Source: a virus
Lineage: Duplodnaviria > Caudoviricetes
Reading direction: 5' to 3' (one strand)
Virus record (IMG/VR): IMGVR_UViG_3300025635_000123
Coordinates: 1-29,409 of that record
Length of the DNA: 29,409 nt
Positions 26,288-29,409 of the stretch are shown in pieces. The position numbers were made by a program, and so were the translations under genes. The notes under the pieces were generated by a model, which was given only the letters and a program-made list of their open reading frames with translations, ran no database searches and had not been told where the DNA came from. Position 1 is the stretch's first letter. Each line of letters begins with the position of its first letter.

Positions 26288-26310
26288 ATTAGAAATAACT
26301 GAGAAAGGTT

Positions 26311-26463
26311 ATGAGTTCACCAAATGTATTAGAAAGTGAAGATGTAATGTGCGAGTGCGGAGACTATCGAAGCGAGCATGTAGACGGCAATGAGCAATGC
26401 GTTATTAGCGGATGCGGTTGCAAAGAATATTTTGAACGCTTCCGAGAAGAAGAAATGCTATGA
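26311..26463 (+). CDS. 50-aa Cys/His metal-binding protein (not in the ORF track)
   Basis: CECG...H...C...CGC; GAAAGG upstream. Confidence 0.7.
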   Translation: MSSPNVLESEDVMCECGDYRSEHVDGNEQCVISGCGCKEYFERFREEEML

Positions 26464-26594
26464 AACCTGACATTGCAGACGACATCGAGAAGATGGTTGA
26501 TCACGTTAGGAATCACCATGGTTCCGAAACAGACCAACTATTCCAAGCAGCGCAGCGCATCGAAGCATGGTTAGCAACGTATAAAGGAAAGTAA
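26460..26594 (+). CDS. 44-aa hypothetical protein (not in the ORF track)
   Basis: MKPDIADDIEKMVDHVRNHHGSETDQLFQAAQRIEAWLATYKGK; coupled on both sides. Confidence 0.65.
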   Translation: MKPDIADDIEKMVDHVRNHHGSETDQLFQAAQRIEAWLATYKGK

Positions 26595-26595
26595 T

Positions 26596-27243
26596 ATGGA
26601 ACAAGTAATTACATTCGACCCAACTGTGGAACAACTCCAAACAATCGTCGCTTCGACAAAGGAGCTTACCGCAGGAGATCTCCCGAAAGTACACGAGGCG
26701 CGCATGTTTCTCCGAGACTCACGAGTCAAAATAGAAAAGAAAGGAAAGGAGTATCGTGCGGAAGCACTTGCCTATCAGAAAGCTGTCATCGCTCGTGAGA
26801 AAGAGCTGATCGCTATTATTGAGCCGGAGGAGGTGCGTTTGAAGGGGATAGAGGACGCCGCCGAAGCCGCAAGAGAACGTGCTGCACGAGCCCCACTCCT
26901 GCCGATGCGCCGCGAGCATCTAGCAAAGTTTGAGCACGTTTTGAGTGATGACGCTATCCTCGACATGGATAACAACGCCTTCTTTATGCTCCTCACTGAA
27001 TTGCAGGCAAAAAAGAATGAGGCTGACCGACTTGCTATTGAAGCGGAAAAAGCACGCCTCGCTCGTGAGGCTGATCATATTGATAGAGAGGATCAGGAAC
27101 GTAAGACGATTGAAAGTGAAAAACGTTACTATAATTGGCTTGCAAAAATTGGATACTCTAATAAATATGCAAACTTATGGTACTTCTCTAAAGAGGGTGG
27201 AACTATAAAAGCATACAAATACATTAGCACTTTCCAAAAATAA
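26596..27243 (+). CDS. Coiled-coil protein (possibly DUF1351-like)
   Basis: E/K/R/A-rich heptads; RVKIEK...K pattern. Confidence 0.65.
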   Translation: MEQVITFDPTVEQLQTIVASTKELTAGDLPKVHEARMFLRDSRVKIEKKGKEYRAEALAYQKAVIAREKELIAIIEPEEVRLKGIEDAAEAARERAARAPLLPMRREHLAKFEHVLSDDAILDMDNNAFFMLLTELQAKKNEADRLAIEAEKARLAREADHIDREDQERKTIESEKRYYNWLAKIGYSNKYANLWYFSKEGGTIKAYKYISTFQK

Positions 27244-27244
27244 C

Positions 27245-27439
27245 ATGGCAAGAACACTAGAAGAAGTAATCAAAGAGTATAGGGACGCCTTAGAAGTGAA
27301 CCTAGAACTCGCAAAGCAAGAAGCGATAATAAAACATCAACGAGAGGCAGCCAGAAAACGCCTCAACCTTGCGAAAGATGAATTACGAGCAATGGAATTA
27401 GAAATCTTAGAATCACAAAACTATGAAAACAATAATTGA
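27245..27439 (+). CDS. Small coiled-coil protein
   Basis: Tightly packed ORF with heptad pattern. Confidence 0.65.
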   Translation: MARTLEEVIKEYRDALEVNLELAKQEAIIKHQREAARKRLNLAKDELRAMELEILESQNYENNN

Positions 27440-27623
27440 GGAGCCGTTCGGACTTTACACCTTAAAGATGGCGAAAGCCGACAGTGACAGGGCATTAAAA
27501 CCCCACCGAGAGCACACCAAACGAGTGCAGCGATGGCAGGAATACGGTATGACCATCGTCACGGTAGGCTTTGCCTTTATGGGAGTATCAGCGTTCGCAT
27601 TAGCAGGAGTAACTAGCGTATGA
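27423..27623 (+). CDS. Small protein with C-terminal TM helix
   Basis: YGMTIVTVGFAFMGVSAFALAG. Confidence 0.65.
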   Translation: MKTIIEEPFGLYTLKMAKADSDRALKPHREHTKRVQRWQEYGMTIVTVGFAFMGVSAFALAGVTSV

Positions 27624-27835
27624 AAATAGCGGTATCCATTGTTATTGCAATTGTGCTGAGTAACCTCGTTACCTCGATGAATGGCGCAGGAATTATCTTG
27701 TTTTCTAAAGGGAATTGGTTCTTCGGGTTACTTTTACAGTTTCCGAACTACCTATGCGTGGTGTACGCCATTGTGAGGGTAATAGACTGGCTTACTGCTG
27801 CTCCCACTAGCAACACAGTGATAAAAGAAAATTAA
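27620..27835 (+). CDS. Small membrane protein (two hydrophobic segments)
   Basis: Hydrophobic 71-aa ORF. Confidence 0.65.
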   Translation: MKIAVSIVIAIVLSNLVTSMNGAGIILFSKGNWFFGLLLQFPNYLCVVYAIVRVIDWLTAAPTSNTVIKEN

Positions 27836-27842
27836 CTAGCGT

Positions 27843-28100
27843 ATGAAAAAGATATGGACAACAAGAGATGGTAAAGAAATACCGTACAAAAACATCGAAA
27901 ACGACCACCTCTTGAACATCATCAAGTTTGTTAAACGAAGGGCTAAAGAAATGGACGGAGAAGTAATTGACGGCGGCGGATGTTGCTGGGATACAGACGA
28001 CATATGGTACGTCATTGGCAGCGAACAGGATTGGCTCGATAAATACGATTACAAAGGATTGCTTGCTGAAACACGGAGAAGAAAATTAACTAGCGTATGA
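27843..28100 (+). CDS. Phage hypothetical protein
   Basis: WTTRDG...DHLLNII motif recurrent in small phage proteins. Confidence 0.7.
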   Translation: MKKIWTTRDGKEIPYKNIENDHLLNIIKFVKRRAKEMDGEVIDGGGCCWDTDDIWYVIGSEQDWLDKYDYKGLLAETRRRKLTSV

Positions 28101-28435
28101 ACCAAACGAGCTTGATTGACGACATGATGGACATAGCAAAGCGAGTTGACCGACTAGAACGGATGTATCAAATCGACGCCGATAAGAAGCCAGTGATTGA
28201 GTTCTGCTTTGATGAAATTTCTGACGTAGCAAGAATCGAGGCACTAATACTCTCATCAATCATGAGAATAAATGGTGACTATGAGCGAATACCGGGCAAT
28301 AGCGAGTTTAGTAATTGCCGTGATCACAACATCGGCCCAGTGATTTTCCGTCTTCGGTGCGATAAATTGACAGAAAACAAGCGCGGCGAAAAATTAGGCG
28401 TCGGTGACATGCTTTTTACCCATAGAATCTACTAG
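28097..28435 (+). CDS. Hypothetical protein
   Basis: Coupled ORF between two junction repeats. Confidence 0.6.
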   Translation: MNQTSLIDDMMDIAKRVDRLERMYQIDADKKPVIEFCFDEISDVARIEALILSSIMRINGDYERIPGNSEFSNCRDHNIGPVIFRLRCDKLTENKRGEKLGVGDMLFTHRIY

Positions 28436-28438
28436 CGT

Positions 28439-28684
28439 ATGAACCAAACAGAAAAGAAAGATGATTGGAGGGAGGTTCTGATGCAAGCGATGGGAGTTAC
28501 CACCACCGACCATGTTGTCAAGGGACACCCAACAGGAATCATAAATACCGTGGAAGAACTCCTACAAGCAACAAGAAAAGCTACGTTGGAGGAGGTAATC
28601 ACTAAAAGTTACGGCATACAAACCGCAACAGACGCCGATGAGTTTCGTAAAGAGTTACAAGAGCTTAAAGAAAAGAATGTATGA
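28439..28684 (+). CDS. Hypothetical protein
   Basis: Helical ORF starting in a junction repeat. Confidence 0.65.
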   Translation: MNQTEKKDDWREVLMQAMGVTTTDHVVKGHPTGIINTVEELLQATRKATLEEVITKSYGIQTATDADEFRKELQELKEKNV

Positions 28685-29004
28685 ACTACAAACTTGCAAA
28701 GCAACTGAAGGATGCTGGGTTTCCGTATTCAAAAAAAACGCAAGTCGGTTATTTTCAGAATGGTGAACGCGTACCAAATTACTACGCAGCGCAATCAGAA
28801 GGCGTCCCTCTACCCACTCTCTCAGAACTTATAGAGGCGTGTGGACACGGTTTTTCTTGTCTTCGCCACTTAGAATCTTTCCTCACCGGGGAGAATAAAT
28901 GGATAGCACAAAGCAATGAAGCAAAGAGCCGTTCATTCACTGGCTCAACCCCAGAAGAAGCAGTAACAAAGCTCTGGTTAGCACTCAAAGAAAAGAATGA
29001 CTGA
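28681..29004 (+). CDS. Phage hypothetical protein (ABA-sandwich-like)
   Basis: LAKQLKDAGFP, PTLSELIEAC, TPEEAVTKLWLAL. Confidence 0.7.
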   Translation: MNYKLAKQLKDAGFPYSKKTQVGYFQNGERVPNYYAAQSEGVPLPTLSELIEACGHGFSCLRHLESFLTGENKWIAQSNEAKSRSFTGSTPEEAVTKLWLALKEKND

Positions 29005-29251
29005 TATGAAAAACTCACAGCCTAAACGAGCCAAGTTGATCAGTGACGGCGGCCTTTACCGCTACCTACCTATCAAAGAGGTTGTTCCTACCATACACAT
29101 ACCCGTGATGAGGAGAATCAAGCTACGAACTCCTGAAATAGACCACGACGAAACATGGAAATTCGAGTTAGTTTATTCCTTAGAAAGAGTAACAAATGCT
29201 TTCGCAGAATATCGTCAAATTGATGCTATTAAAGTTATCAATAAACAATGA
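28997..29251 (+). CDS. Hypothetical protein
   Basis: Overlapping start, flanked by AATGACTGATATGA repeats. Confidence 0.6.
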   Translation: MTDMKNSQPKRAKLISDGGLYRYLPIKEVVPTIHIPVMRRIKLRTPEIDHDETWKFELVYSLERVTNAFAEYRQIDAIKVINKQ

Positions 29252-29409
29252 CTGATATGAGTTGTTTTTGGAGACACAAATGGGGAAAGTGGGCGGAAGA
29301 AAGTCGTATACCAATACAACAACTAATTGATGATGGAACGTCCGCTGGTCGATGGGTTCAAGCTGATACTATGATTGTCCAAAAGCGAATATGCGCTGAG
29401 TGTGGGTTG
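29248..29409 (+). CDS. Zinc-ribbon-like protein, truncated by the window edge
   Basis: MTDMSCFWRHKWGKW...RICAECGL. Confidence 0.65.
   Translation, partial: MTDMSCFWRHKWGKWAEESRIPIQQLIDDGTSAGRWVQADTMIVQKRICAECGL

Larger units (their letters stand above)
27612..28443 (+). repeat. Dispersed start-codon repeat ACTAGCGTATGAA, four copies
   Basis: Exact copies at 27612, 27835, 28089 and 28431, each containing the ATG of the next gene. Confidence 0.95.
1..29409. mobile_element. Tailed dsDNA bacteriophage genome segment (podovirus-like), possibly infecting Patescibacteria/CPR
   Basis: Collinear terminase-portal-scaffold-capsid-adaptor-nozzle-ejection-fibre module plus primase-helicase and small early genes; no host housekeeping genes; host assignment is inference. 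Confidence 0.93.

Noticed and set aside
26082-26292. 65-aa and 61-aa ORFs
   Set aside because: They overlap each other and coincide with extensive base-paired stems; an RNA element explains the sequence better, though a leader peptide is not excluded
27612-28443. ACTAGCGTATGAA repeats as a CRISPR array or integron attC sites
   Set aside because: Repeats are 13-23 bp, non-palindromic and separated by whole genes of 220-340 bp; no cas1/cas2 or integron integrase; no attC-like inverted structure
1-29409. Stop-codon reassignment (code 25 or code 15)
   Set aside because: Long genes are intact in code 11; TGA ends many genes in ATGA overlaps and TAG ends the scaffold gene
1-29409. Integrated prophage boundaries or integrase
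   Set aside because: No recombinase, att-adjacent tRNA or host genes seen; lifestyle cannot be determined from this window

Overview
This window is most of a tailed dsDNA phage genome of podovirus-like layout: no tape measure or sheath gene and no integrase are visible, and the standard code is used with TGA as stop. The minus strand from ~21.1 kb to 1 carries the late module: TerS, PBSX-type TerL, portal, scaffold, major capsid protein, adaptor, nozzle, two ejection-type proteins, fibres and a possible holin. An iteron/AT-rich origin (21.2-21.4 kb) precedes a primase-polymerase/VirE-type helicase, a RecU-like resolvase, a PD-(D/E)xK exonuclease and an early array of small genes on the plus strand. 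Few Shine-Dalgarno sites, near-leaderless promoters and ASST/ATST-rich exported proteins suggest, by inference only, a Patescibacteria (CPR) host. Main observations: (1) five appendage-type proteins in the virion operon have N-terminal export signals and an even number of cysteines; (2) the early genes are joined by a chain of direct repeats centred on start codons, resembling a gene-cassette array; (3) a ~200-nt structured RNA with an alternative or pseudoknot pairing follows the early promoter; (4) three packaging-module proteins end in NPA[VI]; (5) DnaA-like boxes sit next to several promoters. Protein calls rest on motif recognition and gene order; no database searches were run.
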